This document shows positions 12,356 through 23,957 of a stretch of 64,000 nucleotides of DNA, piece after piece. Source of the DNA: Octopus sinensis (Eukaryota); the NCBI RefSeq assembly GCF_006345805.1, contig NC_043014.1:46004001-46068000 (forward strand). Reading direction: 5' to 3'. The notes below the pieces were generated by a model that was not told where the DNA came from, searched no databases, and saw only the letters and a program-made list of their open reading frames with translations. Positions within the stretch are counted from its first letter, which is position 1, and each line of letters begins with the position of its first letter. The position numbers were made by a program, and so were the translations under genes.

Positions 12356-13431
12356 CGCTTTCCCGCAGCTCGTCTCCTTGGACGAACTACAGTCATGGAT
12401 CAAGCAGAGACCGAGGCTAGGCGAATGGCACCGCGAGTGTCGCGTTGCTCTCAAGCAACTCTGCGTCCGGGATCGAACTTGTGCGACTCCATCACAACAA
12501 GGCATTCTATAGAGGATTAGTGGAGGGGAGGTGCGACGACGAACTCGGGCAGAGTCTGGGCGTCGACGAGGAACACCTGACCCGCCTGTTCAGGACAACT
12601 TTCGGGCCGGGACCTATGAACAATCACCAAAGATCCCTGGCCTGGCAGTGCTATCGAGAAGCATTACCTGTTCGGGATAAGCTCTACAGACACGGTTCCA
12701 GACACACTGGACCGACTTGCCCGAGATGCGGTCAGAGTGACGAAACCGTTCTGCACGCACTCGTGCAATGTCCAACCATTTCCGACCTGTGGGCTTATCC
12801 GAACGGCTGCTGTCACGTGGGACGAATCCGCCTATCGGCCGAGTCTATCGTGAGAATTGCTCCGCCCCCTTCCCTCAACGGGAAGGCAAGGCAGTTTTCA
12901 TCGTACTGGTGGCCATGGTGAAAGAATGTGTGTGGTGGACTCGAGCGAAAGATTAGAGACAACACACCTCTCTGGCCAATCGCTCATCAACTTTTTCAAG
13001 TACCAACTTGAAAAGGAAGGTGAGAATGGAGAGGGAAGTTTTGGTCTCGCAAAGATTCAAAAAAAGATGGGTGAATGTTGCAAAGATGGTGCGTGCTAGT
13101 AACGAAAACTTTTAGCATGATCCTGTAGATCGTAAAAAAGAAAGAAAGAGAGCATTTTTGACCTCATGTGTTTATTTCCTTTCCCCCACTGGGGTTCCCG
13201 TGGTCTTTCTGTAGGCTTTTCTTCCCACGGATGAACCAATCTTGTTATATAATGTTTACAACCATTATTTCTGTGTATACACGATTTTCCTTTTTCCCCT
13301 TTTTTTTTCCTCCTCTCGATCCCTTTTGATCGCAATCTTACATTTTTTTTTTTTTTCCACCCTCGAAAAGAAAAGCTCTGCATTTGTATTGTCCCCTCTG
13401 TATTCAGCCCTGTGTGGCTAATAAAAGAAAG

Positions 13432-13432
<1 letters not shown>
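12356..13432 (+). mobile_element. 5'-truncated Tx1/L1-clade LINE (ORF2 C-terminal zf-RVT/CCHC region + 3' UTR)
   Basis: ORF 12445-12921 has LAWQCYREALPVRDKL..CPRCGQSDETVLHALVQCP; both ends abut (CTAT)n arrays. Confidence 0.8.
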
Positions 13433-13465
<33 letters not shown>

Positions 13466-13491
13466 CTCTATCTATCTATCTATCTATCTAG

Positions 13492-13549
<58 letters not shown>

Positions 13550-13577
13550 GTTTATCTGTCTATCTATTTATCAATCT

Positions 13578-13998
13578 TATTTCTTTATTACCCACAAGGG
13601 GCTAAACATAGAGGGGACAAACAAGGACAGACAAACGGATTATATCAAAGTTGATTATATCAACCCCAGTGCATAACTGGTACTTAATTTATCGACTACG
13701 AAAGGATGAAAGGCAAAGTCGACCTCGGTGGAATTTGAACTCAGATCGTAGCGGCAGATGAAATACCTATTTCTTTACTACCCACAAGGGGCTAAACACA
13801 GAGGGAACAAACAAAGACAGACAAATGGATTAAGTCAATTATATTGACCCCAGTGCGTAAGTGGTACTTAATTTATCAACCCCAAAAAGATGAAAGGCAA
13901 AGTCGACCTCAGCGGAATTTGAACTCAGAACGTAACGGCAGACGAAATACCGCTAAGCATTTCGCCCAGCGTGCTAACGTTTCTGCCAGCTCGCTGCC
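13578..13998 (-). mobile_element. Two tandem SINE family B copies
   Basis: TATTTCTTTA(T/C)TACCCACAAGGGG at ~13578 and ~13768; head ends GCCAGCTCGC ~13995. Confidence 0.85.
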
Positions 13999-14118
13999 TT
14001 CTATCTATCTATCTTTCTAGGTGTCTGACTGTCTCTCTGTCTGTCTGTCTGTATGTATGTATGTATGCATGCATGCATGTATATACAGGGTGTAGTCAAA
14101 AAGTATTGGTGTGTGTGT

Positions 14119-14152
<34 letters not shown>

Positions 14153-14402
14153 CATGTGTGTGTGTATGTCCACCACTTGACAACTGGTGTTTGTGTATTT
14201 CCATTCCTGCGACTTACTGGTTCAGCAAATGAGAACCAATAGAATAAGTACCAGGCTGATAATATGGGGTAGGTAAAAAAAAAAAAATTCCGGGGACTGA
14301 TTCATTCAACTGTAATTCTTCATGGCAATGCCCCAGCATGGCCATAGTCTAATGACTGAAATAAGTAAAAAAATAAAGGAATAAATAACAAAATATGTGT
14401 GC

Positions 14403-14449
<47 letters not shown>

Positions 14450-14473
14450 CGTGTGTGTGTGTGTGTGTGTGTA

Positions 14474-14504
<31 letters not shown>

Positions 14505-15036
14505 TGTGTGTGTGTTTTGATATATTTATAGCTTAATCAAGGAGAAAGGGCAACACCCTCATTTGACCTTTCCCAGGGACTGAAAGACTGGGCTGACTGG
14601 CTTGGAATGAATAGGTAAGAGGAAGCGAGAACCCGGGTGGGTTGGTCGTGTAGGAAGCCCAGGCAGATATCAAATCATCAAGTTCACACTCATGCGTTTA
14701 TAACTGTGTGTGTGTGTGTGTGTGTGTGCGCATATGTGTGTATGCATATATGTGTAAGTATTTATATATGTGTGTTTGGGTGTGCATGTATGTATATATA
14801 TATATAGAGAGAGATGTACTCGCATAGCAAGTGATTTGATCTGAGATCGTGTGCATCTGGAGATGCAGCACGGATTTTTGTCAGTGAACAGGTCGCGGTT
14901 TTTTGCGATGAAAATATTTTGACAAATTAAACTTTAATGTTGAAGTGAATCGAACGGCTTTTGTGTGTTTCTTAAATGGCTTATAAACACCTTCCATGCT
15001 GCAATTGTATATATATATATATATATATATATAACG

Positions 15037-15215
15037 GGGAAGGTTTACGAAAATAAACAAAAGACGAAAGCAGGTGGAGTACAAACAAACAAATGTATTA
15101 GTATGGCGCTCAGGAATAGAAATAGAACAAGTCTTTTACATTTCGAGCCTACGCTCTTCGACAGAAAGATACACAGAAAAAAAACAAGGAGAGAAAAAAT
15201 ATGCGTGTAGGAGCT
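15037..15215 (-). mobile_element. Short pLTR-like element carrying a minimal hammerhead variant (motif 15131-15170)
   Basis: Minus strand: UCUUU CUGUCGA A GAGC GUAG GCUC GAAAU GUA AAAGA; homologous to 34420-34614 and 56811-56992. Confidence 0.65.
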
Positions 15216-15230
15216 ATATATGTATATATG

Positions 15231-15500
15231 GGAGGTGCAATGGCCCAGTGGTTAGGGCAGCGGACTCGCAGTCGGAGGACCGCGGTTTCGATTCCCAGAC
15301 CGGGTGTTGTGTGTGTTTATGGAGCAAAAATACCTAAAAGCTCCACGAGGCTCTGGCAGGGGGTGGTGGCGACCCCTGTTGTACTCTTTCGCCACAACTT
15401 TCTCTCACTCTCTCTTCCAGTTTCTTGAGTAATGCTGCGATGGACTGGCGTCCCGTCCAGCTGAGGCAAACACATATGTCACAGAAACCGGGAAACTGAG
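15231..15500 (+). mobile_element. tRNA-derived SINE family C
   Basis: GCAATGGCCCAGTGGTTAGGGCAGCGGACTCGC..GGTTTCGATTCCC; copies at ~46203, ~49863, ~60405. Confidence 0.8.
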
Positions 15501-15732
15501 CCTGTGATATTTGGAACTTAGATTCAATGCATAAGGGCGGGTATAATGCAATATGTTTGGTTTGAATTTCAGATGGCTTAAAAGGGGCAGAACCCCCATG
15601 AAAATTCATAAATTTTCAATGTTTATGAAATTTCAACCATGGGTAATTGACACACATCAAGAAGTATTCTCAATGTTTCTACTTCTCATGAGGATTCTAA
15701 GACACCCTAATGGGGGCCTGACACACATATAT

Positions 15733-15905
15733 ATCATCATCATCATCATCATCATCGTTTAACGTCCGTTCTCCATGCTAGCATGGGTTGGACGGTTCGA
15801 CCGGGGATCTGGGAAGCCAGAAGGCTGCACCAGGCTCCAGTCTGATCTGGCAGTGTTTCTACAGCTGGATGCCCTTCCTAACACCAACCACTCCGTGAGT
15901 GTAGT
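15733..15905 (-). mobile_element. RTE LINE 3' end with (GAT)n tail
   Basis: Reverse complement of the 30300-30449 terminus. Confidence 0.8.
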
Positions 15906-15907
15906 CT

Positions 15908-15939
<32 letters not shown>

Positions 15940-17149
15940 GTTTAAATATTTGTTGTGCAAGATTTTTTATGTGAAGTCGTGTGTTGAAACAAATATATAT
16001 ATATATACACACATATATATATATACACATATATATGACGGGCTTCTTTCAGTTTCCACCTACTAAATTCACTCACAGGGCTTTGGTCAGCCCGAGGCTA
16101 TAGTAGAAGACACTTGCCCAAGGTGTCACCCAGTAGGACTGAAACCAGAACCATGTGGTTCGTAAGCAAGCTACTTACCACACAGCCACTCCTACACCTA
16201 TACATACATACATACCTACATACATAATTTCTTCTATGTGATACAGTACAGAAACAGACGAGGCCTCCACATAACCTTGAGTTAGAAGTGTGCTGTGACT
16301 GACAAATATTTATTTACATATAAGATAAATAGAGGATATATTTCCCAGCCCGTTTATCCTTTAATTGTTCCACACAGTACACATCAGTGGATCTGAACAA
16401 TGGACTCAAATATCAATTGAATGAAGCCTCATAGAGGTGTTCAGAAATGTAATACCTCTATACTTTACACATGAATATAACACACACACACACACACACA
16501 TATGGAGAGAAAGAGAAAGAGAGAGAGGGGGGATAGATAGATAAATAGATAGATAGATAGATAGACAGATATGTGTATGTATATGAATATATATGCATGT
16601 GTGTATGCTGTGGTGTGTGTGTTTGTATTGTGAATGTGTGCAAGTATGTATGTATATGTATATGTTGATTTGAAAACCCCACTAGAATGGGAGAAAGCAC
16701 TAATGATCTAAGTGATATGATATATATATAGAAAAAATGTAATATACAAATAAATATCTGTAAATATAAACCATCCGATCTTCTGAGTACCTCATTTCTT
16801 CTAATATATAATACCTGTACATCATCTCCAAACCTTCCAATACATATACATATAGATATATATATATATAAATTTATACACACACATACACACACACATA
16901 TATAATTTTCAGAAGTCAAACACCTGTAGTAATAAGCAAATGAATGCAAAAAGACACAGAAGGTGAAGTTTATAAACGTATACTAAATGCACAGACAAAC
17001 GGAAAACAAACATGGAAGGTCACCAACACCTCATAAGCCAGGGGTCAAACACAATTTCATGCTATTATTGATAACACACAGACACACATATATATACACC
17101 TGCTTGTTGTTCATACACCTGTCTTTGTCTTTATATATCTCTCTCTATC

Positions 17150-17372
17150 TACTCAGTCGAAGTCAACACTCGGTCACTCGATGGATCAGTGCCCTCCAGC
17201 CAGTTCTATCCTGGGTCGCTTCCTTCAGATTGGCCATGTCCATTCCGGTATCACTCCTGATGGTATCAAGCAAGCAGGTTCTTGGTCGGCCTCTTCCTCT
17301 CTTGCCACTGACCATTCCGAGCATGATGTCCTTCTCCAGGGATTCTCTCTGCATAATATGACCGAAATGTGC
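17150..17372 (-). mobile_element. RTE/BovB-like LINE C-terminal fragment
   Basis: HFGHIMQRESLEKDIMLGMVSGKRGRGRPRT..QDRTGWRALIHRVTE is a typical RTE ORF end. Confidence 0.8.
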
Positions 17373-17379
17373 CAATCTT

Positions 17380-17436
<57 letters not shown>

Positions 17437-17485
17437 CTGGTGAATTGAAGAAATGGAGTGAACGAAGATTGAACAGAAATCGTTT

Positions 17486-17579
17486 TATTTCATTCTACAG
17501 GTGTTTCGAAAGGCACACAATTTACCAAAATCCGATTGAATAATGAGACATATTGTGTCTTTCTCTTCAGGAAGAAATA
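17486..17579 (-). ncRNA. Type I hammerhead ribozyme (mirror copy in left arm)
   Basis: TCTTCAG at 17564-17570 (CUGAAGA); stem II 12 bp with a 2-nt bulge; GAAAC-ACCU-GUA; same stem I. Confidence 0.8.
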
Positions 17580-17746
17580 GGAAATCCGTTGGGAAAAAAC
17601 AAAAACAGAACAGAGGCGAAGCAAAACAAATCGAACTAGGCTCCTAAGAGCCCATGGTCAAGAGTTTGACCATGGGCTCTTAGGAGCCTAGTTCGATTTG
17701 TTTTGCTCCGCCTCTGTTCTGTTTTTTTTTTTCCCAATGGATTTCC

Positions 17747-17839
17747 TATTTCTTCCTGAAGAGAAAGACACAATATGGTCTCATTATTCAATCGGATTTG
17801 GTTAAATTGTGCCTTTCGAAACACGTGTAGAATGAAATA
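17747..17839 (+). ncRNA. Type I hammerhead ribozyme (canonical core)
   Basis: CUGAAGA at 17756-17762; stem II GAAAGACACAAU/AUUGUGCCUUUC (11/12 bp); GAAA at 17818; stem III AC-ACGU-GU; cleavage triplet GUA ending 17829; 9-bp stem I with one bulge. Confidence 0.85.
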
Positions 17840-17911
17840 AAACGATTTCTGTTCAATCTTCGTTCAGCTCCATTTCTTCAATTCACCAGTTATATATATA
17901 TATATATATAT

Positions 17912-18600
17912 AGGGTGCATAAGGTATTTGAGGACATACCTTTTTGGGGTCATTGCTGCATTTTTTTTTTCTCACTCTGTATAATCTTTGTTTCAGAAAA
18001 TAATGATGGCAGACCCTCAGATTACTCGAGGAATGAAAAAATATGCTGTTATTGTGATTATAAAGGCTCAGCATAGCGATTTAGAAATATCTTGATGTTT
18101 AAAAGTTGCCAGATCTTTCATCTGTAAACTTTGTAAGGAGTTAGAAGCTGAAGATGGAAATGTATCACCAGTATCAAAGCATAAAAAGCATTCTAAATGC
18201 TCTGAAACCATCAGAACACACTGAATTTGTCCAGCAAGTTCAATCCCAGAAATTTCATGAGGTCAATTGCAAAAGATCACCATGTGTCAGAAAGAACAGT
18301 CAGAAATGTTGTCCACAAAGACATCATTTATAAGTCTTATATGAGGAAAGGTCAATTTGGCAGAAAAAGCAAAAGAAAACCACTACATTGGATCTACAAA
18401 TGCAATATCCAGTATGTTTTAAACAAACTGAAAAATCCAACAGAAGAAGATTTGATTTGTTTTTTCTTAAACGAGAAAAACTTTGGCCAAGATCAAAAAG
18501 TTAACAGAAGAAATGACAGATGGTTATGTGCAGACACTTCTGAAGTTCCAAGTGTTATGCATACAAAATTTCCTGCAGATATAATATGCTTGCATTTCTA
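17912..18600 (+). pseudogene. Degenerate Tc1/mariner transposase fragment, maT/DD37D-like
   Basis: RSIAKDHHVSERTVRNVVHKD and NEKNFGQDQKVNRRNDRWLC..VMHTKFPA; starts TA|GGGTGC next to (TA)n. Confidence 0.65.
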
Positions 18601-18639
18601 ATTAGTGCACACTTTAAACAATCTCTTGAGAAAGAAAGT

Positions 18640-20240
18640 TTAAAATTATTTTTTTCATGTCAATTTTGCATCCCTATGAAAATGGAAGATTATAATGTGC
18701 ATTTTAGACACTTGATGCTTTTTTATTACTGAAAAGGCAAAAATGCCTTGCAAGCAGCAAAAAAGATATGTGCTGTGTACATTGAAAGTGGTTTAGCTGA
18801 CAGAACTGTGCAGAAGTGGTTTGCTAAGTTTAGAGTTGGTGATTGTAGCCTTATTGGTGAAGAATGCTCTGACAGACCCCCCACACACACACACACACTT
18901 CAGACGATGATTAAACCAAGACATTGATTGAGAATAACCCACATTACACAATGCAGGAATAGTCAGAAACACTAAATTTATCAAAATCTACCATTCTTGA
19001 ACACTTACTGAAGCTTGGGTACTCAAATTGTTACGATGTTTGGGTACCACATGATCTGGGTGAAAAGAATCATTTGGATCGCATTTCTACCGGTGGTTTG
19101 CTGTATAAATGCAATGAAAATTCACCCTTTTTGAAGTAAATTGTGATGAGTGATGAAAAATGGTTCGTTTACAACAATGTTCAGTGAAAAAGATCCTAGA
19201 GTAAGCAACATGAGCCACCTTTTGCCACTCCAAAGGCAGGTCTTTATCCTAAGAAAGTCATGCTCTGCATCTGGTGGGATTGAAAAGAAATCCTGTACCA
19301 TGAGCTTCTGCCAAGTACCATGAGCTTCTGTCAGTAAATTCTGAGGAGTACTGCTTGCAACTGAATGGTTTAAATGCAGCAATTCAAGAAAAACACCCAG
19401 AATTGGCAAACAGGAAAGGTGTTATTTTCCATCAGGATAATGCCAGACCGCGTTTTTCTTTGGCAACCTGTCAAAAATTGTTGCAGCTTGGCTGGGATGT
19501 GTTACCCCACCCACCATATTCACCAGACACTGCTCCTTCAGATCTTCATTTATTCAGGTCCTTGCAAAATAATTTCAATGGTAAAAATTCTAATTCTTTA
19601 GAGGACATAAAAAAACCCACTTTAATGAGCTCTTTGCTAAGAAATCACTGAACTTCTAGGTAAACAGAATCTTTAAGTCGAAGAAAAGATGGAGAAAGGT
19701 TGTGCAACAAAATGTTTCATATTTAGTTGAATAAATATTTAATGAAGTAATTTTGTTTTGTCTGTTAATTTCCCTTAAAAATCAGTATGAGCAAGAGTGG
19801 CTGTGTTGGTATGCACAGGAGTGGCTGTGTGGTAAGTAGCTTGTTTACCAGCCACATGGTTCCGGGTTCAGTCCCACTGCATGGCACTTTGGGCAAGCGT
19901 CTTCTACTATAGCCTTGGGCTGACCAAAGCCTTGTGAGTGGATTTGGTAGACGGAAACTGAAAGAAGCCCGTCGTATATATGTATATATATACGTGTATG
20001 TGTTTGTGTGTCTGTGTTTGTCCCCCTAGCATTGCTTGACAACCGATGCTGGTGTGTTTATGTCCCCATTACTTAGCGGTTCGGCAAAAGAGACCAATAG
20101 AATAAGTACTGGGCTTACGAAAGAATAAGTCCCAAGGTCGAGTTGCTCGATTAAAGGCGGTGCTCCAGCATGGCCGCAGTCAAATGACTGAAACAAGTAA
20201 AAGAGTAAAAAGAGAGAGTAACTTTCTGGACAACCCAATA
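18640..20240 (+). mobile_element. Decayed mariner (DD34D) element; right TIR split by a SINE
   Basis: HFRHLML, VWVPHDL, SDEKW, KKVMLCIWWD, HQDNARP, HPPYSPDTAPSD motifs with stops/frameshifts; TIR halves at ~19770-19790 and 20221-20240 match the TIR at 63053. Confidence 0.9.
19813..20220 (+). mobile_element. SINE family A, full length
   Basis: Complete head-microsatellite-tail structure. Confidence 0.85.
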
Positions 20241-20407
20241 TTAAAAAATCCTGATATAAAGTAATTGGCATAATTAATCAACTTTTTTAATTAGTTACAG
20301 ATGAAATTTTAACCCTTTAGTGCTCAGATTGCTCTGTCTGTGTGTGTGTGTATAATACATACATATATATATATATACATGTGTGTGTGTGTGTGTGTGT
20401 ATTATAT

Positions 20408-20636
20408 ATTTCTTTACTACCCACAAGGGGCTAAACACAGAGGAGACAAACAAGGACAGACAAACGGATTAAGCTGATTATATCGACCCTAGTGCATAAC
20501 TGGTACTTAATTTATCGACCTCGAAAGGATGAAAGGCAAAGTTGACCTCGGCGGAATTTGAACTCAGAACGTAGCGGCAGATGAAATACAGCTACACATT
20601 TCACCCGGCGTGCTAACGTCTATGCCAGCTCGCCGC
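20408..20636 (-). mobile_element. SINE family B, full length
   Basis: Reverse complement of the family B consensus including head GGCGAGCTGGC. Confidence 0.85.
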
Positions 20637-20694
20637 CTTTGTGTGTGTGTATTATATATATATATATATATACACACGCACATACATACATTCT

Positions 20695-21115
20695 TTTATT
20701 CTTTTATTCTTTTACTTGTTTCAGTCATTTGACTGTGGCGATGCTGGAGCACCGCCTTTAGTCATGCAAATCGACCCCGGGACTTATTCTTTGTAAGCCC
20801 AGTACTGATTCTATCAGTCTCTTTTGCCGAACCGCTAAGTGACGGGGACGTAAACACACCAGCATCAGTTGTCAAGCAATGCTAGGGGGACAAACACAGA
20901 CATACACACACTCATATATATATATATATTATATATATATATACATATATACGACAGGCTTCTTTCAGTTTCCGTCTACCGAATCCACTCAGAAGGTATT
21001 GGTCGGCCCGGGGCTATAGCAGAAGACACTTGCCCAAGATGCCACGCAGTGGGATGGAACCCGGAACCGTGTGGTTGGTTAGCAAGTTACTTACCACACA
21101 GCTACTCCTGCGCCT
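20695..21115 (-). mobile_element. SINE family A, full length
   Basis: Reverse complement of the 251-660 element. Confidence 0.85.
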
Positions 21116-21233
21116 ATATATAAATATATATATACAAACACACACATATATATATATATACATACATACATATATATATATATATGTATATAAGTGTTTG
21201 TGTATGTATGTATGTATGTATGTATATATATGT

Positions 21234-21281
<48 letters not shown>

Positions 21282-21659
21282 CATATATACATATATATAA
21301 TATATATGTGTATATATGTATGTATACATATATTCCACACTTTATACATCATTTACAAAGGTGCTGTTAACATAAACGTGCATTATTGCAGAGGGAAATA
21401 TGTACTGCATACATCTACATCTTTGCCATTTATAATCGGTGCAACAATAAACGAAAGACAATTTCTTCTTTTGAAATGCAGGTCTATTACTGGCTGCAAA
21501 CACAGAATGATTCCAGGAAATGGCAACTCTAAAAGTCTGTGAATGATGCAAAAAGCATTCACCTATTGTGGTTGTTTATCCTTGAACAATTGTCTGTTTG
21601 TGTGTGTCTTCCAGCGTCTGTCCAGTTCTTTGTAATTATAAGAAAGAAAGATATTTTTG

Positions 21660-21740
21660 AAGTATCTCTTATGTCATTGATGATGATGATGATGACGATG
21701 ATGATGATAAAACCACTGAATAATGAGAATGATGATGATG

Positions 21741-21801
<61 letters not shown>

Positions 21802-21815
21802 TAGTAATAATAATA

Positions 21816-21851
<36 letters not shown>

Positions 21852-21879
21852 TAATAATAATAATAATAAAAATAATAAT

Positions 21880-21924
<45 letters not shown>

Positions 21925-21984
21925 TAATAATAAAAATAATAATAATATTATTATTATTAATGATAATTAATAATAACAATAATG

Positions 21985-22015
<31 letters not shown>
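21660..22015. repeat. (GAT)n/(AAT)n compound microsatellite
   Basis: Direct inspection. Confidence 0.95.
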
Positions 22016-22556
22016 TGCAGTACCAGGCAGTGGCTCTCATGGCTTCTGATCTTAACTGATGGAAGTGTTATCATGTACATTGTTTTGTCTTGGTATAAAA
22101 GATGGGCTACAGCAAATATTTGCTCAATACCACAGATTTGCTTCAGTTGTTTGACCTTAACCAGTTGAGCATGTCCCTTAGTGGCTGACGATATGTGCAT
22201 CTCTGATCATGAGCAGAAGTAGTGGGGGAGCATCATAGCCATGTGTTGAGAGGGATTCTTTGGGGTTTGAATAGTTCACCTCTGGAAACATGGGTGGTTC
22301 TTTCAACATCCTTAAACAACCCTTATTCAGGGACCGTTTGAGCGGGATGGGCTACTTAACTGAAAAAATTCTAACTGGGCCCCACCTGCAAGGTCATGTG
22401 CTGTTTATCTTGATATGAGATCACCATGTCGCGCACATATGGTTGTGATGCATGTGCCTGGTGTTACCTTTATCAGACGGGTAGTCATGATGGGTATATT
22501 GGGCTTCGTATATTTTACCCCAGTGTCATTGATGGCATGAACTGCTCTCTCACTCA
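22016..22556 (+). repeat. ~540-bp dispersed repeat of unknown class (second copy ~50301-50840)
   Basis: ATGCAGTACCAGGCAGTGGCTCTCATGGCTTCTGATCTTAACTG...CCCAGTGTCA shared by both copies; (AAT)n flanks. Confidence 0.8.
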
Positions 22557-22809
22557 ATAATAATAATAATAATAATAATAATGATGATGATGATGATGAT
22601 GATGATGATGGTGATGATGATGGTGATGGTGGTGGTGGTGGTGGTGGTGGTGATGATGATGATGATGATGATGATGATTTCAAATTTTGGCACAAGGCCG
22701 GTCATTTCAGGGGAGGGAGATAAGTCAATTACATTGACCTCAGTGCTCAACTGGTACTTATTTCATTGACCCTAAAAGGTCGATATGCAAAGTTGATCTC
22801 AGCAGAATA

Positions 22810-23524
22810 TACGATGGGCTTCTTTTAGTTTCTGTCTACCAAATCCACTCACAAGGCATTGGTCGCCCGGGGCTATAGCAGAAGACACTTGCCCAAGATG
22901 CCACGCAGTGGGACTGAACCCCGGAACCATGTGGGTGGTAAGCAAGCTACTTACCACACAGCCACTCTTGCGCCTATGCTGGAGATGATTTTTAAAATGA
23001 GAATATCTGAAAAAAACTCAACTGCTCTCACAGGTGAGAATACTGAAAATGAACCTGATCGCCCCCAAAAATTAGGTAAAAAAAACGGAAAAATAATCCA
23101 GGATCCTTGTTTGGTACTGGATTGATCCCAAAATCTAATATATATATATATATATATTGGCTGTGTGGTAAGTAGCTTGCTTACCAACCACATGGTTCCG
23201 GGTTCAGTCCCACTGCGTGGCATCTTGGGCAAGTGTCTTCTGATATAGCCTCGGGCCGACCAAAGCTTATGAGTGGATTTGGTAGACGGAAACTGAAAGA
23301 AGCCTGTCGTATATATGTATATGTATGTGTGTGTTTGTGTGTCTGTGTTTGTCCCCCTAGCATTGCTTGACAACCGATGCTGGTGTGTTTATGTCCCCGT
23401 CACTTAGCGGTTCGGCAAAAGAGACCGATAGAATAAGTACTGGGCTTACAAAGAATAAGTCCCGGGGTCGAGTGCACCAGCATGGCCGCAGTCAAATGAC
23501 TGAAACAAGTAAAGAGTAAAGAGT
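22810..23524. mobile_element. Family A SINE 5' half (-, 22810-22975) and full copy (+, 23157-23524)
   Basis: Match to family A consensus. Confidence 0.8.
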
Positions 23525-23957
23525 ACACATACACAGATGCACATGTATGCATAAAGTGCATGAGAAAGAGAGGGGAAGAGACAGAGAGAGAGACAGAGAG
23601 AAGTCAAGTAGATCTATTGCATGTGCAGAAGTGCACGTATCTCCTGTTGCACCAATCCCTGTAAGACCAGGAATTATTTGAATAGAAAGAATGAAGGAAT
23701 GACAGGGTGAAGGAATAAAGGAATGGTAGTGGCTGAGTTGGAAAATAGAATACTCAAAGTTATTGTGGCATTCTTTAAACTGGGCTTGGCTTCTGCATTG
23801 GGTTTTGACATTCCATGCTGGGTCAACGTGGGTGGGACGATGGGGATGATGGTAGCATGGTGCACACGTGTGTGTGTGTGTGTGTATGGTGGAATAGTGA
23901 TTGTCAAGGCCATGATGGTGTTAATGGTAGTGGTGGCTAAGGTGCTATGATGAGCAT

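Larger units (their letters stand above)
17435..17892. mobile_element. ~460-bp fold-back (palindromic) element inserted in (TA)n; each arm carries a hammerhead ribozyme
   Basis: Arms 17435-17661 and 17666-17892 are near-perfect reverse complements around a 4-nt centre GAGT; (TA)n on both sides. Confidence 0.9.

Noticed and set aside
15231-15305. Functional tRNA genes at SINE heads (families A-D)
   Set aside because: Heads lack complete cloverleaf/acceptor stems and continue into SINE bodies
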